This document shows positions 52,452 through 64,000 of a stretch of DNA of 64,000 nt, piece by piece. Within the stretch, counting starts at the first letter, position 1, and the number at the start of each line of letters is the position of its first letter. The stretch is from Betaproteobacteria bacterium. GTDB taxonomy: Bacteria; Pseudomonadota; Gammaproteobacteria; Burkholderiales; CAIKXV01. A program made the position numbers and the translations under genes. Below the pieces are notes generated by a model. The model did not search any database and had not been told where the DNA came from. It saw only the letters and a list, made by a program, of their open reading frames with translations. Location: positions 21 through 64,020 of the forward strand of contig JAJTHE010000031.1 in NCBI GenBank assembly GCA_021298815.1. The letters run 5' to 3'.

Positions 52452-54842
52452 TCAGCTCACCGTCTCGGCGGGCACGGCCGGGGCCGGCGCCGGGACGCGT
52501 TCGATCGCGAGGGCGGCGGGTCCGCAGGCCGCACCGAGCGGGAAGGTGGCGGCATGGCCCGCCGGCAGCAGCAGGCAACCCGGTGGCAGGCTCGGGTCGA
52601 ACGCAGCCGGGAACACCAGGCTCGCCTGGCCCGCGGCGATGCGCAGCGAATCGCCCGCCTGCAGGCCCGCCCGCTGCCAGAGATCGGCGGACAGTACCGC
52701 CGTCAGCGGAGCCGCGTCGCGCGTCTTCTGCAGCGGCGGCGAGCGGCGCGCGAGCGCGTCCGCATCGTGGATCCGCACGGGGGCCACGCGCTCGATGCCG
52801 GCCGGCGCGGCGGCGGTGGCGTCGACCGCCAGCGGCGATGCGAGGGCATTGTCGCAACCGGGCACGGGCAGGCCGTCGAGCGCAAGCCCGGCGCGCACCG
52901 CCTCTGAGGAGTCCTGGTCGAAGCCGGGCAGGTCGAGCAGGTTGCCGAGCACGCGCAGCACCTTCCAGGCCGGGCGGGTGTCGCCCAGCGGCCGGACCAC
53001 GCCGGCAAAGGCCTGCGCACGACCTTCGGTGCTGACGAAGGTGCCGGCAGTCTCGGTGAACGGTGCAGTCGGCAGGATCACTTCCGCGTAGTCGAGGGCC
53101 CGGTGCTCGAATGGCGACAGCGCGACCACGAACTCGGCCGCCTTCATCGCCGCCAGCGCCGCGGCACCGTCGGCGCAATCCAGTTCCGGCTCCGCACCGA
53201 GCAGCAGGTAGGCCTTGCGCGGCGCGGCGATCATCGCCTGGGCGTCGAGCCCGCCCGCGCCGGGCAGTGCCCCGGCCAGCACCGCGCCCACGCTGTTGGC
53301 GGCGGCGCCGAGGTGGCCGAAACGAGCGCCGGTGCAGGTGGCCAGCGCCTGCGCCAGCACTTCCAGCTCCGCGAACCGGGGATGCTGCGCGGCGAGGTTG
53401 CCGAGCCAGACGATGCCGCGCTCGGCACGCGCCAGGTCTTCGCCCACCGCCCGTGCCGCGTCTGACACGACCAGCGGATCCAGGGCGGCGGCCAGCGTGG
53501 CCGGCAGCGCCGCGCCTTTCGCGGCGGCCGCGGCCTTAACGACCTGGGCCAGGGCGGACACCATTGCCGACGGCGCCACCACGGTCTCGCTCGCCAGCGG
53601 CATCATCGGATCCTGCGCGAGCGGGTTGAGCAGGTGCACCCGCGACTGCCGCTTCACCGCCTGGCGCATGCGCTGCGCGAGCAGCGGATGGTCCTTGCGC
53701 AGCACGCTGCCCACCACCAGGAAGGCATCCGCCTGGCCGACCTCGGCCACCGGCAGCCCGAGCCAGGGCGCGCCCTTGCGGGCGCCGTCGAGCCGGAAGT
53801 CGACCTGCCGCAGCCGGTGGTCGACGTTCCCGGAGCCCAGCCCGCGCACCAGTTTCGCGAGCAGGTGCAGTTCTTCCACCGTCTGGTGCGGCGTGGCCAG
53901 CGCCCCGATCGATGCCGGGCCATGGCTGGCGACGATCGACTTCAGGCGGCTGGCGACATGGTCGAGCGCCTGCTGCCAGTCGACCTGCTGCCACTGGCCG
54001 TCGCGCCGGAGCAGCGGGCGCGGCAGGCGCAGTTCCGAGTTGAGCGCCTCGTAGGAGAAGCGGTCCTTGTCGGAGATCCAGCATTCGTTGACCGCTTCGT
54101 TCTCGAGCGGCAACACGCGCAGCACGCGGTTGCCCTTCACCTGCACCATCAGGTTGGCGCCGAGGCTGTCGTGCGGGCTGACCGACTTGCGGCGGGTCAG
54201 TTCCCAGGTGCGGGCGGTGAAGCGGAACGGCTTGGAGGTCAGCGCACCCACCGGGCAGATGTCGATCATGTTGCCCGACAGTTCCGAATCGACGGTGCGC
54301 GCGACGAACGGCATGATCTCGCTGTGCTCGCCGCGCCCGGCCATGCCGAGTTCCATCACCCCGGCGATCTCCTGGCCGAAGCGCACGCAGCGCGTGCAGT
54401 GGATGCACCGCGTCATGTCGGTCGCGATCAGTGGCCCGAGGTTCTTGTTCGGCACCACGCGCTTCATCTCGTCGTAGCGCGACTCGCTCGCGCCGTAGCC
54501 GACAGCGAGGTCCTGCAGCTGGCATTCGCCGCCCTGGTCGCAGATCGGGCAGTCGAGCGGATGGTTGATCAGCAGGAACTCCATCACGCCCTTCTGCGCC
54601 TGCACGGCCTTGGGCGAATGGGTGAACACCTTCATGCCTTCAGTGACCGGCGTCGCGCAGGCCGGCAGCGGCTTGGGGGCCTTCTCGACCTCGACCAGGC
54701 ACATGCGGCAGTTGGCGGCGATGGTCAGCTTCCTGTGGTAGCAGAAATGCGGCACGTAGATGCCGAGCGCGTTCGCGGCTTCCATCACCATCGCGCCGTC
54801 GCGCACCTCGACCGGTTTGCCGTCGACTTCCAGCTTGGCCAT
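52452..54842 (-). CDS. nuoG: NADH-quinone oxidoreductase subunit G
   Basis: [64 protein letters not shown]...; Fe-S cluster Cys motifs are present; 796 aa. Confidence 0.95.
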   Translation of the reverse strand: MAKLEVDGKPVEVRDGAMVMEAANALGIYVPHFCYHRKLTIAANCRMCLVEVEKAPKPLPACATPVTEGMKVFTHSPKAVQAQKGVMEFLLINHPLDCPICDQGGECQLQDLAVGYGASESRYDEMKRVVPNKNLGPLIATDMTRCIHCTRCVRFGQEIAGVMELGMAGRGEHSEIMPFVARTVDSELSGNMIDICPVGALTSKPFRFTARTWELTRRKSVSPHDSLGANLMVQVKGNRVLRVLPLENEAVNECWISDKDRFSYEALNSELRLPRPLLRRDGQWQQVDWQQALDHVASRLKSIVASHGPASIGALATPHQTVEELHLLAKLVRGLGSGNVDHRLRQVDFRLDGARKGAPWLGLPVAEVGQADAFLVVGSVLRKDHPLLAQRMRQAVKRQSRVHLLNPLAQDPMMPLASETVVAPSAMVSALAQVVKAAAAAKGAALPATLAAALDPLVVSDAARAVGEDLARAERGIVWLGNLAAQHPRFAELEVLAQALATCTGARFGHLGAAANSVGAVLAGALPGAGGLDAQAMIAAPRKAYLLLGAEPELDCADGAAALAAMKAAEFVVALSPFEHRALDYAEVILPTAPFTETAGTFVSTEGRAQAFAGVVRPLGDTRPAWKVLRVLGNLLDLPGFDQDSSEAVRAGLALDGLPVPGCDNALASPLAVDATAAAPAGIERVAPVRIHDADALARRSPPLQKTRDAAPLTAVLSADLWQRAGLQAGDSLRIAAGQASLVFPAAFDPSLPPGCLLLPAGHAATFPLGAACGPAALAIERVPAPAPAVPAETVS

Positions 54843-54858
54843 CGTTGCTATCGCTCTC

Positions 54859-56172
54859 TCAGGAGTACGGGCCGACCAGGCACCGCTTGTGGTCGACGTG
54901 GTACTGGAACTCGTCGCGGAAGGCCTTGATGAAGGCCCGCACCGGCATCGCGGCCGCATCGCCCAGCGCGCAGATGGTGCGCCCCTGGATGTTGTCGCAG
55001 AGGTTGAGCAGGAGGTCGAGGTCTTCCTGCCGCCCCTTGCCGTGCTCGATGCGGTCGACCACCCGGTACAGCCAGCCGGTGCCCTCGCGGCAGGGCGTGC
55101 ACTGGCCGCAGGATTCCTCGTAGTAGAAGTAGGACAGCCGGTGCAGGCAGCGCACCATGCAGCGCGTCTCGTTCATCACGATCACCGCGCCCGAACCCAG
55201 GAACGACCCGGCCTTCTGGATCGAGTCGTAGTCCATGTCGAGCGCCATCATGGTGTCGGCCGGCAGCACCGGCATCGACGAACCGCCGGGGATCACCGCC
55301 TTCAGCTTCACGCCGTCGCGCATGCCGCCGGCCATCTCGAGCAGCTTCGCGAACGGCGTGCCGAGCCTGACCTCGTAGTTGCCCGGGCGCGCGACGTCGC
55401 CGCTCACCGAGAAGATCTTGGTGCCGCCGTTGTTCGGCTTGCCCAGGTTCAGGAAGGCCTCGCCGCCGTTGTTGATGATCCACGGCACCGCGGCGAAGGT
55501 CTCGGTGTTGTTGATGGTGGTCGGCTTGCCGTACAGCCCGAAGGTGGCCGGGAACGGCGGCTTGAAGCGCGGCTGCCCCTTCTTGCCCTCGAGCGATTCC
55601 AGCAGCGCGGTCTCCTCGCCGCAGATGTAGGCGCCGTAGCCGTGGTGTGCATGCAGCTGGAAGCTGAACTCGCTGCCCATGACGTGGTCGCCGAGGTAGC
55701 CGACGGCGCGCGCCTCCTCGAGCGCTTCCTCGAAGCGTTCGTAGACGTCCCAGATCTCGCCATGGATGTAGTTGTAGCCGACCGTGATGCCCATCGCGTA
55801 CGCCCCGATCATCATCCCCTCGATGAGGATGTGCGGGTTGTAGCGCATGATGTCGCGGTCCTTGAACGTGCCCGGCTCGCCCTCGTCGGAATTGCAGACG
55901 AGGTACTTCTGGCCGGTGTAGTTCTTCGGCATGAAGCTCCACTTCAGGCCGGTCGGGAAGCCGGCGCCGCCGCGCCCGCGCAGGGCCGACTTCTTCAACT
56001 CGCCGATCACCACGTCGGGCGGGATCTTCTCGGAGAGGATCTTGCGGATCGCCTGGTAGCCGCCACGCGCCTCGTAGTCGCGCAGGCGCCAGTTGGTACC
56101 GTCCAGGCCCTTCAGGATCACCGCATCGGGCCCGTAGATGCCGGCCTCGAACGGGGGCAGCGGCGCGTTCAT
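54859..56172 (-). CDS. nuoF: NADH-quinone oxidoreductase subunit F
   Basis: Contains [19 protein letters not shown] and [16 protein letters not shown] overlap with the nuoE stop. Confidence 0.95.
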   Translation of the reverse strand: MNAPLPPFEAGIYGPDAVILKGLDGTNWRLRDYEARGGYQAIRKILSEKIPPDVVIGELKKSALRGRGGAGFPTGLKWSFMPKNYTGQKYLVCNSDEGEPGTFKDRDIMRYNPHILIEGMMIGAYAMGITVGYNYIHGEIWDVYERFEEALEEARAVGYLGDHVMGSEFSFQLHAHHGYGAYICGEETALLESLEGKKGQPRFKPPFPATFGLYGKPTTINNTETFAAVPWIINNGGEAFLNLGKPNNGGTKIFSVSGDVARPGNYEVRLGTPFAKLLEMAGGMRDGVKLKAVIPGGSSMPVLPADTMMALDMDYDSIQKAGSFLGSGAVIVMNETRCMVRCLHRLSYFYYEESCGQCTPCREGTGWLYRVVDRIEHGKGRQEDLDLLLNLCDNIQGRTICALGDAAAMPVRAFIKAFRDEFQYHVDHKRCLVGPYS

Positions 56173-56786
56173 CGGACGGTCTCCGTGCCGGCGGGCGCAG
56201 CGCCGCCCGCATGCGCGCCGGGATCGGCGGGCGCAGCGCCTTCGGCGCGCAGCTGGTCGACCAGCGCATCGAGCTTGTCCGGCGTCATCCAGGACAGCAT
56301 CGTGCGGTTGTTGCGCATCAGCACCGGCGCGTCGCCGCAGGCGCCCATGCATTCGCCTTCCTTCAGCGTGAAGCATCCATCGGCGGTGGTCTCGCCGAAG
56401 CCGATGCCGAGCTTGCGCTTCAGGTGTTCGGCAGCCACCCCGGCCCCCTGCAGCTGGCAGGGCAGGTTGGTGCACAGCGTGAGCTTGTTGCGGCCCACCG
56501 GCGCCAGGTCGTACATCGTGTAGAAGGTCGCGACCTCGTACACCGCCACCGCCGGCATGCCGATGTGCCGGGCGACGGCATCCATCACCGGCGTCGACAG
56601 CCAGCCCTTCTCTTCCTGCGCGATCGCGAGCGCGGCCATCACCGCGGACTGCCGCTGGTCGGGCGGGTACTTGGCGATCGCACGGTCGATGCGGGCGATG
56701 GCGCCTGCCGTCAGTGCGGCATCGCCCTCGCCCGCAGGCTGGCCTGGGGTGCGGCCGCCTGCGGCCGCTGGCACGGGTGCATTCAT
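56169..56786 (-). CDS. nuoE: NADH-quinone oxidoreductase subunit E
   Basis: Contains [11 protein letters not shown] and [12 protein letters not shown] (2Fe-2S ligands). Ala/Pro-rich N- and C-terminal extensions. Confidence 0.9.
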   Translation of the reverse strand: MNAPVPAAAGGRTPGQPAGEGDAALTAGAIARIDRAIAKYPPDQRQSAVMAALAIAQEEKGWLSTPVMDAVARHIGMPAVAVYEVATFYTMYDLAPVGRNKLTLCTNLPCQLQGAGVAAEHLKRKLGIGFGETTADGCFTLKEGECMGACGDAPVLMRNNRTMLSWMTPDKLDALVDQLRAEGAAPADPGAHAGGAAPAGTETVR

Positions 56787-56840
56787 CGCGCTGTGGTCAA
56801 TCCATCGGTCATCGGTTGCCTGCCGGTACTCATCGGTCGC

Positions 56841-58094
56841 TCATCGATCAATTTCGCCGAACACGATGTCCTGGGTACCGATGATCGCGACGACGTCGGC
56901 GATCATGTGCCCGCGGGACATCTCGTCGATTGCGGCCAGGTGCGGGAAGCCCGGCGCCCGGATCTTCAGGCGGTAGGGCTTGTTGGCGCCGTCGGACACC
57001 AGGTAGATGCCGAACTCGCCCTTGGGATGTTCGACCGCCGCATACGCCTCGCCAGCCGGCACGTGCATGCCTTCGGTGAAGAGCTTGAAGTGGTGGATCA
57101 GCTCTTCCATGTTCATCTTCATGTCGACCCGGCGCGGCGCGGCCACCTTGTGGCTGTCGCTGATCACCGGACCCGGGTTCTTCCGCAGCCAGTCGACGCA
57201 CTGGCGGATGATCCGGTTCGACTGGCGCATTTCCTCGATGCGCACCAGGTAGCGGTCGTAGCAGTCGCCGTTGGTGCCGATCGGGATGTCGAAGTCGAGG
57301 CGGTCGTAGACCTCGTAGGGCTGCTTCTTGCGCAGGTCCCACTCGATGCCGGAGCCGCGCAGCATCGGGCCGCTGAAGCCCAGCTGCAGCGCGCGCTCGG
57401 GCGTGACCACGCCGATGCCCACGGTGCGCTGCTTCCAGATGCGGTTGTCGGTGAGCAGCGTCTCGTACTCGTCGACGCAGCCCGGGAAGCGCTCGGTGAA
57501 GGCCTCGATGAAGTCGAGCAGCGAGCCCTGGCGATGCGCGTTCAGGCGCTTCAGGTCGGCGTCGCTGCGCAGCGGCGACGGGTCGTACTGCGGCATCCGT
57601 GCCGGCAGGTCGCGGTAGACACCACCCGGCCGGTAGTAGGCCGCATGCATGCGCGCGCCCGACACCGCCTCGTAGCAGTCCATCAGGTCTTCGCGCTCGC
57701 GGAAGCAGTACAGGAACACCGTCATCGCGCCGATGTCCAGCCCGTGGGCGCCCAGCCAGAGCAGGTGGTTCAGCGTGCGGGTGATCTCGTCGAACATCAC
57801 GCGGATGTATTGCGCGCGGACCGGGGGCACGACGCCGGTCAGCTTCTCGATAGCCATCACGTAGGCGTGCTCGTTGCACATCATCGAGACGTAGTCGAGG
57901 CGGTCCATGTACGGCACCGACTGCAGGAAGGTGCGCGTCTCGGCGAGCTTCTCGGTCGCCCGGTGCAGCAGCCCGATGTGCGGGTCGGCACGCTCGATCA
58001 CCTCGCCGTCCAGTTCCAGGACGAGGCGCAGCACGCCATGGGCCGCAGGATGCTGCGGCCCGAAGTTCATCGTGTAGTTCTTGATCTCTGCCAT
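56841..58094 (-). CDS. nuoD: NADH-quinone oxidoreductase subunit D
   Basis: 417 aa: [31 protein letters not shown]... Confidence 0.95.
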   Translation of the reverse strand: MAEIKNYTMNFGPQHPAAHGVLRLVLELDGEVIERADPHIGLLHRATEKLAETRTFLQSVPYMDRLDYVSMMCNEHAYVMAIEKLTGVVPPVRAQYIRVMFDEITRTLNHLLWLGAHGLDIGAMTVFLYCFREREDLMDCYEAVSGARMHAAYYRPGGVYRDLPARMPQYDPSPLRSDADLKRLNAHRQGSLLDFIEAFTERFPGCVDEYETLLTDNRIWKQRTVGIGVVTPERALQLGFSGPMLRGSGIEWDLRKKQPYEVYDRLDFDIPIGTNGDCYDRYLVRIEEMRQSNRIIRQCVDWLRKNPGPVISDSHKVAAPRRVDMKMNMEELIHHFKLFTEGMHVPAGEAYAAVEHPKGEFGIYLVSDGANKPYRLKIRAPGFPHLAAIDEMSRGHMIADVVAIIGTQDIVFGEIDR

Positions 58095-58102
58095 GCGGTC
58101 GG

Positions 58103-58717
58103 TCAGCCCTTGCGGAAGCCTTCGCTGTCGGCGTAGTTGTCCTCGCGGATCACCCGCGGCACGACTTCGCGCGGCTCGATGGTGACCGGCTGGTAGACGA
58201 CCCGCTTCTGGTCGGGGTCGTAGCGCATCTCGACATAGCCGGTGACCGGGAAATCCTTGCGGAACGGGTGCCCGACGAAACCGTAGTCGGTGAGGATGCG
58301 GCGCAGGTCGGGATGGCCTTCGAACACGATGCCGAACAGGTCGAACGCCTCGCGCTCGTACCAGTTGGCCGACGCCCAGATGCCGGTGACCGAGGGCAGC
58401 AGCGGGAAATCATCGTCGGGCGCGTAGCAGCGCACCCGCAGCCGCGCGTTGTGCTCCAGCGAAAGCAGGTGGTAAACCGCGCAGAAGCGCGCCCCGTCCC
58501 AGGTGCCGTCGCCATGGCCGGACCAGTCGACGCCGCACAGGTCGACCAGCTGCGCGAAGCGCAGGGCCGGGTCGTCGCGCAGGCGTGCCATCGCCTCGGC
58601 CAGCCGGGCCGCAGGCACCGTCACCGTCACCTCGTCGAACGCGTACACGATCTTCGATACCGCCTCGCCCAGCGCGGCCTCGACCCTTGCCTGCAGTTGG
58701 TCGGGGGGAAGGCTCAT
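58103..58717 (-). CDS. nuoC: NADH-quinone oxidoreductase subunit C
   Basis: ...[44 protein letters not shown]... ATGA overlap with the nuoB stop. Confidence 0.9.
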   Translation of the reverse strand: MSLPPDQLQARVEAALGEAVSKIVYAFDEVTVTVPAARLAEAMARLRDDPALRFAQLVDLCGVDWSGHGDGTWDGARFCAVYHLLSLEHNARLRVRCYAPDDDFPLLPSVTGIWASANWYEREAFDLFGIVFEGHPDLRRILTDYGFVGHPFRKDFPVTGYVEMRYDPDQKRVVYQPVTIEPREVVPRVIREDNYADSEGFRKG

Positions 58718-59253
58718 CGTGCGATCGTGCTCTGCCGCTTGATCTTGTTCTGCAGCTGGATGATGCCGTAGAGCAGCGCCTCGGCCGTCGGAGGGCAGCC
58801 CGGCACGTAGATGTCGACCGGGACGATACGATCGCAGCCACGCACCACGGAATACGAGTAGTGGTAGTAGCCGCCGCCGTTGGCGCAGGAACCCATCGAG
58901 ATCACCCAGCGCGGCTCGGCCATCTGGTCGTAGACCTTGCGCAGCGCCGGCGCCATCTTGTTGCACAGCGTGCCGGCGACGATCATCACGTCGGACTGGC
59001 GAGGGCTCGGGCGGAAGATCACGCCGAAGCGGTCCATGTCGTAGCGTGCGGCTCCGGCATGCATCATCTCGACCGCGCAGCAGGCGAGGCCGAAGGTCAT
59101 CGGCCAGAGCGACCCGGTGCGCGTCCAGTTGATCAGGTCATCGGCCTTGGTCATGACGAAGCCGCGCTCCGCACCGGGAAACACCGGTGCCGCGGCAGGG
59201 GCCGTCCCGGCAGGTGCAGTCATGCCTGCGCCAGGAACCGCGAGTTCACTCAT
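58714..59253 (-). CDS. nuoB: NADH-quinone oxidoreductase subunit B
   Basis: ...[17 protein letters not shown]...[14 protein letters not shown]...[10 protein letters not shown]...; the start may be an internal Met. Confidence 0.9.
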   Translation of the reverse strand: MSELAVPGAGMTAPAGTAPAAAPVFPGAERGFVMTKADDLINWTRTGSLWPMTFGLACCAVEMMHAGAARYDMDRFGVIFRPSPRQSDVMIVAGTLCNKMAPALRKVYDQMAEPRWVISMGSCANGGGYYHYSYSVVRGCDRIVPVDIYVPGCPPTAEALLYGIIQLQNKIKRQSTIAR

Positions 59254-59283
59254 CGGATGCTCCGTTCACGAAGGACCGGCCGG

Positions 59284-59652
59284 TCATTCCCATTCGAGTG
59301 CGCCCTTCTTCCATTCGTAGACGAAGCCGACGACCAGGATCATCAGGAACACGAACATGGCGCCGAGCCCGAACCAGCCGATGTCGGACAGCACGATCGC
59401 CCAGGGAAACAGGAAGGCGATCTCGAGGTCGAACAGGATGAACAGGATCGCGACCAGGTAGTAGCGCACGTCGAATTTCATGCGTGCGTCTTCGAAGGCC
59501 TCGAAGCCGCATTCGTAGGGGGACAGCTTCTCGGCATCGGGCCTATTGGCGCCGGTCGCGGTACTGGCGATCCAGCCGACCAAAGGAAGGACGAGCCCGA
59601 AAGCGAGCCCTACGCCGATGAACAACAGAATGGGCAGGTAACTTTCCAGCAC
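59284..59652 (-). CDS. nuoA: NADH-quinone oxidoreductase subunit A
   Basis: 122 aa, GTG start. ...[44 protein letters not shown]... Confidence 0.9.
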   Translation of the reverse strand: MLESYLPILLFIGVGLAFGLVLPLVGWIASTATGANRPDAEKLSPYECGFEAFEDARMKFDVRYYLVAILFILFDLEIAFLFPWAIVLSDIGWFGLGAMFVFLMILVVGFVYEWKKGALEWE

Positions 59653-59940
59653 AGCTAGCTCAACCGTCGACTAAGCAACTCTTTGGACCCCCGGTTTTCC
59701 CGGTACAGCCTCGCGCGTCGGCCGGCCTGCCTGCGGCAGGGCGGACCGTGCGAGGGTCACGATAACGCAGCCCTGGCGCCGCCCCTGGCCAGCGGGCCAA
59801 TGGGCCCCAGCCGGGTGGCGCGCGCTGCAATCACGCGTCTGGAGGCATCAGGCGCGGCGCGAGGGACCGCTGTGCGCCTTGCCGTGCTGCCGATCCTTCA
59901 CTTCCCCCGGCCCCGGACACTGCCCGGATGCCGGCACTGC

Positions 59941-60025
59941 TGGTGCCCACGATCAGACTCGAACTGATACGGCTTTCGCCACTGCCCCCTCAAGACAGCG
60001 TGTCTACCAATTCCACCACGTGGGC
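59941..60025 (-). tRNA. tRNA-Leu (anticodon GAG), encoded CCA end
   Basis: Minus strand: GCCCACG TG GTGGAATTGGTAGACAC G CTGTC TTGAGGG GGCAG TGGCGAAAGCCGT ATCAG TTCGAGT CTGAT CGTGGGC ACCA. It has a 7-bp acceptor stem, a 5-bp anticodon stem, a long variable arm and a TTCGAGT T-loop. Confidence 0.9.
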
Positions 60026-60088
60026 GAACTCGTTGCGACCCCGATATTGTCGCCTACTTTCGGCTTTCCGGGGTCATCCGGAGAGCGT

Positions 60089-60544
60089 TTACTTCGGAAT
60101 ATCTGAAGCCTTGGATACGCCCTTGCCGGCGGGATCCGCGGCGGCACCGGTCGCGGCGCCACCCTTCGTGGCCGCCTCCGGCATCGCAGCCGGCGGTGCG
60201 GACGGCACCGGCACGGCGGACGACGCGGGCGCCTGCGCAGGCGCGCCCGGCACGGGAATCTGCGACGCCGGCGTCGCCGGCGCGTTCTCCATCAGCCCGC
60301 GCGACACGCCCGTATTGGACGCCAGGTAGGTCAGCACGAGGCTGGTGATGAAGAACAGGGTCGCCATGATCGCGGTCATGCGGCTCATGAAGTTGGCCGA
60401 ACCGCTGGAGCCGAACAGGCTGCCGGCCGAGCCGCTGCCGAAGGCCGCGCCCATGTCGGCGCCCTTGCCCTGCTGCAGCAGCACGAAGACCACGATGGCG
60501 CCCGCGGCGAGCACATGGAAAAGCAGGATGAAGTTCTGGAGCAT
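60089..60544 (-). CDS. secG: preprotein translocase subunit SecG (with Ala/Pro-rich C-terminal tail)
   Basis: [74 protein letters not shown]. Confidence 0.9.
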   Translation of the reverse strand: MLQNFILLFHVLAAGAIVVFVLLQQGKGADMGAAFGSGSAGSLFGSSGSANFMSRMTAIMATLFFITSLVLTYLASNTGVSRGLMENAPATPASQIPVPGAPAQAPASSAVPVPSAPPAAMPEAATKGGAATGAAADPAGKGVSKASDIPK

Positions 60545-60568
60545 CTTGGGTGTTCCCTGTTGTGCGGA

Positions 60569-61342
60569 TCAGCCGAATGCCCGGCAGATCGGCTCGAAGT
60601 CCTCGATCTTGAGCGAAGCGCCCCCGATCAGGCCACCGTCGACGTCCGGCATCGCGAAAAGTTCGGCGGCGTTGGAAGGCTTGACGCTGCCGCCGTACAG
60701 CAGCGAGATGCCGGCACCGGCGCGCCCGAGGCGGGTACGCAGGAACCCGTGCACGGCCTGCACCTGCTCCGGCGTCGCGGTGCGGCCGGTGCCGATCGCC
60801 CATACCGGCTCGTAGGCGATCACGCAGTGCGCCAGGGCGTCCAGCCCGAGCACCTCGACGCAGACCGAGAGCTGGCCGGCAATCACCGCCTCGGTCATGT
60901 CGATCTCGCGCTCCTCCAGCGTCTCGCCGAGGCAGATGATCGGGGTCATGGCGGCGGCGAGCACCGCCGCCGCCTTGCCGGCGACCAGCGCGCTGGTCTC
61001 GGAATGGTGCGCGCGCCGCTCGGAATGGCCGACGATGACGAAACTCGCGCCGAACTCGGCGATCATCTGCGCCGACACTTCCCCGGTGTAGGCGCCGGAC
61101 GCATGCACGCTGGCGTCCTGGGCGCCCCAGCGGACGGCGCTGCCGGACAGCAGCTCGCGTGCCTGGGCCAGGTAGGGGAACGGCACACAGACCGATACTT
61201 CCACGCCGGCGCCTGCCCATGCCTCGACGGAAGCCGAGCAGGCACGCAGCAGCTCCGCGTTGGCGGCAAGCGAACCGTTCATCTTCCAGTTGCCCACGAC
61301 GCGCTTCTTCCTGGCCGCGTCACTGCTTTGGCTGGCACGCAT
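60569..61342 (-). CDS. tpiA: triose-phosphate isomerase
   Basis: ...VVGNWKMNGS...IVGHSERR...YEPVWAIGTG...LYGGSV... Confidence 0.95.
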   Translation of the reverse strand: MRASQSSDAARKKRVVGNWKMNGSLAANAELLRACSASVEAWAGAGVEVSVCVPFPYLAQARELLSGSAVRWGAQDASVHASGAYTGEVSAQMIAEFGASFVIVGHSERRAHHSETSALVAGKAAAVLAAAMTPIICLGETLEEREIDMTEAVIAGQLSVCVEVLGLDALAHCVIAYEPVWAIGTGRTATPEQVQAVHGFLRTRLGRAGAGISLLYGGSVKPSNAAELFAMPDVDGGLIGGASLKIEDFEPICRAFG

Positions 61343-61379
61343 CTCGCGTTTCCCGGTGTGACCTGAGTAGAACCGCGGG

Positions 61380-61409
61380 ATTATACCGATGCGCGGGATC
61401 GCGGGTCAA
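61380..61409 (-). promoter_or_regulatory. near-consensus sigma70 promoter for tpiA-secG(-tRNA-Leu)
   Basis: Minus strand reads TTGACC (61409-61404), an 18-nt spacer, then TATAAT (61385-61380). This lies about 38 nt upstream of the tpiA ATG in an otherwise GC-rich spacer. Confidence 0.6.
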
Positions 61410-61477
61410 ACCGATGCGGGAACGTATTCCTGGCGCCGGTCTCCCGCGGGGCGAAGCCTCGCGGCAGACCTTCGGCC

Positions 61478-62272
61478 TCAGCCGAAGCGTCCGGTGATGT
61501 AGTCCTCGGTCTGCTTCTTCTGCGGCTTGACGAAGATGTCTTCGGTGACGCCGTACTCGATCATCTCGCCGAGGTACATGTAGGCAGTGAAGTCGGACAC
61601 CCGCGCCGCCTGCTGCATGTTGTGGGTCACGATCAGGATCGTGACCCTCGCCTTGAGTTCGTTGATCAGCTGCTCGATGCTCGCCGTGGCGATCGGATCC
61701 AGCGCGGACGTCGGCTCGTCGAACAGCAGCAGTTCCGGGTCGCTGGCCAGCGCACGGGCGATGCACAGGCGCTGCTGCTGTCCGCCGGACAGGTTGAACG
61801 CCAGGTCGGAGAGCCTGTCCTTGACCTCGTCCCACAGGGCGGCCCCGCGCAGCGCTTCCTCCACCTTCTCGTCGAGGATCGCGCGCCGGCTGATGCCGCG
61901 CACGCGCAGGCCGTAGGCCACGTTCTCGTAGATGGACTTGGGGAACGGGTTGGGTTTCTGGAACACCATCGACAGCCGCATGCGCACTTCGATCGCATCG
62001 ACCTGCGGGGACAGGATGTTGAGGTTGTCCGGCTGCAGGACGATCTCGCCCTCGTAGCGGTTGCCGGGATACAGGTCGTGCATCCGGTTGAAGCAGCGCA
62101 GCAGCGTGGATTTGCCGCAACCTGACGGACCGATCAACGCAGTGACCTTCTTGTCCTGCACCGACAGGTTGACGTTCTTCAGGGCCTGCTTCTCGCCGTA
62201 GAAGAAGTTCAGGTTGTTGACGTCCGCCTTGCCGCGCGCGAGGGGACGGTCGACGACTTCGCTGGTCACCAT
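61478..62272 (-). CDS. pstB: phosphate ABC transporter ATP-binding protein
   Basis: ...[22 protein letters not shown]...[33 protein letters not shown]...[12 protein letters not shown]... Confidence 0.95.
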   Translation of the reverse strand: MVTSEVVDRPLARGKADVNNLNFFYGEKQALKNVNLSVQDKKVTALIGPSGCGKSTLLRCFNRMHDLYPGNRYEGEIVLQPDNLNILSPQVDAIEVRMRLSMVFQKPNPFPKSIYENVAYGLRVRGISRRAILDEKVEEALRGAALWDEVKDRLSDLAFNLSGGQQQRLCIARALASDPELLLFDEPTSALDPIATASIEQLINELKARVTILIVTHNMQQAARVSDFTAYMYLGEMIEYGVTEDIFVKPQKKQTEDYITGRFG

Positions 62273-63207
62273 TTGATGTTCTTTCTGATCTGATAGCGCA
62301 GGTAGATCGCGAGGCCGTTCATCAGGAGCGTCATCACGATCAGCACGACGCCAGCCGCCGCAGCGTTGGCCGCGAACGCAGGGTCGGGCCGGGACACCCA
62401 GTTGAACATCTGGATCGGCAACACCGTGAACGGCGCGAACAGCCAGTCGAAATTGACGAACGGAGGCTCGGCACTCACCGGGCTGGGCGGCAGGAAGGCG
62501 ATGAAGGTCAGCGCGCCGATGGTGATGATCGGCGCAGTCTCGCCGATCGCGCGCGACATGCCGATGATCACGCCGGTCAGGATGCCACCGCGGGAGTACG
62601 GCAGCAGGTGGTCGGAGATCATCTGCCAGCGGGTGGCGCCCAGCGCATAGGCGCCCTCCCGGATCGTGCTCGGGACCGCCCGCAGCGCCTCGCGGGTGGA
62701 CACGATGACCACCGGCAGTATCAGCAGCGCCAGCGTCAGCCCGGCCGCCAGGACGCTCTCGCCGAGGCCCAGGATGTAGACGAACAGGCCGAGTGCGAGC
62801 AGGCCGTAGATGATGGACGGCACGCCGGCGAGGTTGGTGACGTTCACCTCGATGATGTCGGTGATGATGTTCTGCTTCGCGTATTCCTCGAGGTAGATCG
62901 CCGAGCCGATGCCCAGCGGCACGGCGGTCAGCATGGTCACCAGCATCACCAGCGTGGTGCCCACCCACGAGGACAGGATGCCTGCGTCGGCCGCACGCCG
63001 CGACGGGAAGCTCGTGAAGAACTCGGGGGTCAGCCGCGCCCATCCGTCGAACAGCAGGCTCGCGAACGAGGCGATCATGGTCAGCACGGCAATCAGCATG
63101 CACACCAGGCCGACGATCGCGAACATGTGGTCGCGCAGCTTGCGCTTGCCGATCAGCGCACGCATCTCCTCGATGCGCTGCGGCGAGATCTGGGTGTAGG
63201 AACTCAT
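62266..63207 (-). CDS. pstA: phosphate ABC transporter permease PstA
   Basis: [15 protein letters not shown]...; contains [13 protein letters not shown] (EAA-loop region). ATGA overlap with the pstC stop, and its stop overlaps the pstB start. Confidence 0.9.
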   Translation of the reverse strand: MSSYTQISPQRIEEMRALIGKRKLRDHMFAIVGLVCMLIAVLTMIASFASLLFDGWARLTPEFFTSFPSRRAADAGILSSWVGTTLVMLVTMLTAVPLGIGSAIYLEEYAKQNIITDIIEVNVTNLAGVPSIIYGLLALGLFVYILGLGESVLAAGLTLALLILPVVIVSTREALRAVPSTIREGAYALGATRWQMISDHLLPYSRGGILTGVIIGMSRAIGETAPIITIGALTFIAFLPPSPVSAEPPFVNFDWLFAPFTVLPIQMFNWVSRPDPAFAANAAAAGVVLIVMTLLMNGLAIYLRYQIRKNIKW

Positions 63208-64000
63208 CAGTAGATCTCCCGGTACCGCTTGCGCATCACATGGCCGAACACGTTCAGGGCCAGCGTCATCACGACGAGCACCAGGCCGGCCGCGAAGATG
63301 CTCTGGTATGCGACGGATCCGTGCTCGACGTCGCCGAGGCTGACCTGCACGATGTAGGCCGTGATGGTCGCCGCCGGCTCCATCGGGTTGAACGTGAACT
63401 TCGGCTGCAGGCCGGCCGCGATCGCCACCACCATGGTCTCGCCGATCGCGCGCGACACGGCCAGCACGTAGGCCGCCACGATGCCCGAGATGGCGGCGGG
63501 CGTCACCACGCGCACCGCGGTCTGGAAGCGCGTCGCACCCATCGCATACGATCCTTCGCGCATCGCCATCGGCACCGCGCGCATCGCGTCCTCGGCGACC
63601 GAGCTGATGTAGGGGATGATGAACACGCCGATGACGATGCCGGGCGCCAGCATGTTGAACCCGGGAAGGCCGGGCATGAAGATCTGCAGGAAGGGCGTGA
63701 AGTAGAGCAGCGCGAAATAGCCGAACACGACGGTCGGCACCGACTCGAGGAGCTCGAGGAACGGCTTGACCGTCTCTCGCACCTTGTGCGGCGCGAATTC
63801 GCTCAGGTAGATCGCGATGATGGTGCCCATCGGGATCGCCACTGCCAGCGCGACCGCGGCCACCGTCAGGGTGCCGGCGAGCAGCGGCAGGATGCCGTAC
63901 CGGGCATCCGCGAACAGCGGCGACCACACCGTGCCTGTGAGGAACTCTACGATCGAGACATGTTCGAAGAAGCCGAGGGACTCCACCACCAGGATGGCCA
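63207..64000 (-). CDS. pstC: phosphate ABC transporter permease PstC (5' end beyond the window)
   Basis: ...[32 protein letters not shown]...[15 protein letters not shown]... The reading frame stays open to the window edge. Confidence 0.9.
   Translation of the reverse strand, partial: AILVVESLGFFEHVSIVEFLTGTVWSPLFADARYGILPLLAGTLTVAAVALAVAIPMGTIIAIYLSEFAPHKVRETVKPFLELLESVPTVVFGYFALLYFTPFLQIFMPGLPGFNMLAPGIVIGVFIIPYISSVAEDAMRAVPMAMREGSYAMGATRFQTAVRVVTPAAISGIVAAYVLAVSRAIGETMVVAIAAGLQPKFTFNPMEPAATITAYIVQVSLGDVEHGSVAYQSIFAAGLVLVVMTLALNVFGHVMRKRYREIY

Noticed and set aside
59941-60025. tRNA-Leu as an integration site for a genomic island
   Set aside because: No integrase was found, no direct repeat of the tRNA 3' end was seen nearby, and the flanks are the conserved secG and nuoA genes.

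Overview
High-GC (about 70%) chromosomal window, probably betaproteobacterial; that placement is inferred from Bug/TctC-family binding proteins and the pstCAB / tpiA-secG-tRNA-Leu-nuoA..N synteny. Nearly all real genes lie on the minus strand, and the many long plus-strand ORFs are GC-driven shadow ORFs. Conserved core: ettA (partial), the complete 14-gene NADH:quinone oxidoreductase operon nuoA-N (44767-59652), tRNA-Leu(GAG), secG, tpiA, pstB, pstA and pstC (partial). Ordinary accessory content: an RND heavy-metal efflux set in adaptor-pump-OMF order (3908-9538), a 7-gene catabolic operon (9708-17018), a two-subunit sodium:solute symporter, Dps, a DsbD-like reductase with a redoxin, a PAS-GGDEF-EAL protein and a Nudix hydrolase. 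The standout is 17148-36983. It holds thirteen same-strand paralogous genes of about 300 codons, each encoding a Tat/Sec-type signal peptide, a class I SAM-methyltransferase module with an intact DLGSGDGR motif, and a conserved C-terminal module of unknown function that opens with G-x-W. They sit in tightly translationally coupled runs and fall into two visible subfamilies. I know of no characterised function for this architecture. An exported SAM-dependent enzyme family expanded to 13 copies is the best candidate here for an undescribed system. Other points worth a second look: an AhpD/CMD-family gene with an in-frame TGA exactly where the second Cys of the CxxC motif belongs (candidate selenoprotein), a ClpX-like ATPase lacking the zinc-finger domain and coupled to pirin, an endostatin/C-type-lectin-like lipoprotein, an octanucleotide repeat with G-quadruplex potential inside the paralog array, an orphan intrinsic terminator in a 358-nt spacer, and a 14-bp tandem duplication that duplicates the nuoM start. 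No rRNA, CRISPR array, transposase or integrase was seen. All homology calls come from reading the translations by eye; no searches were run and no identity percentages were computed.
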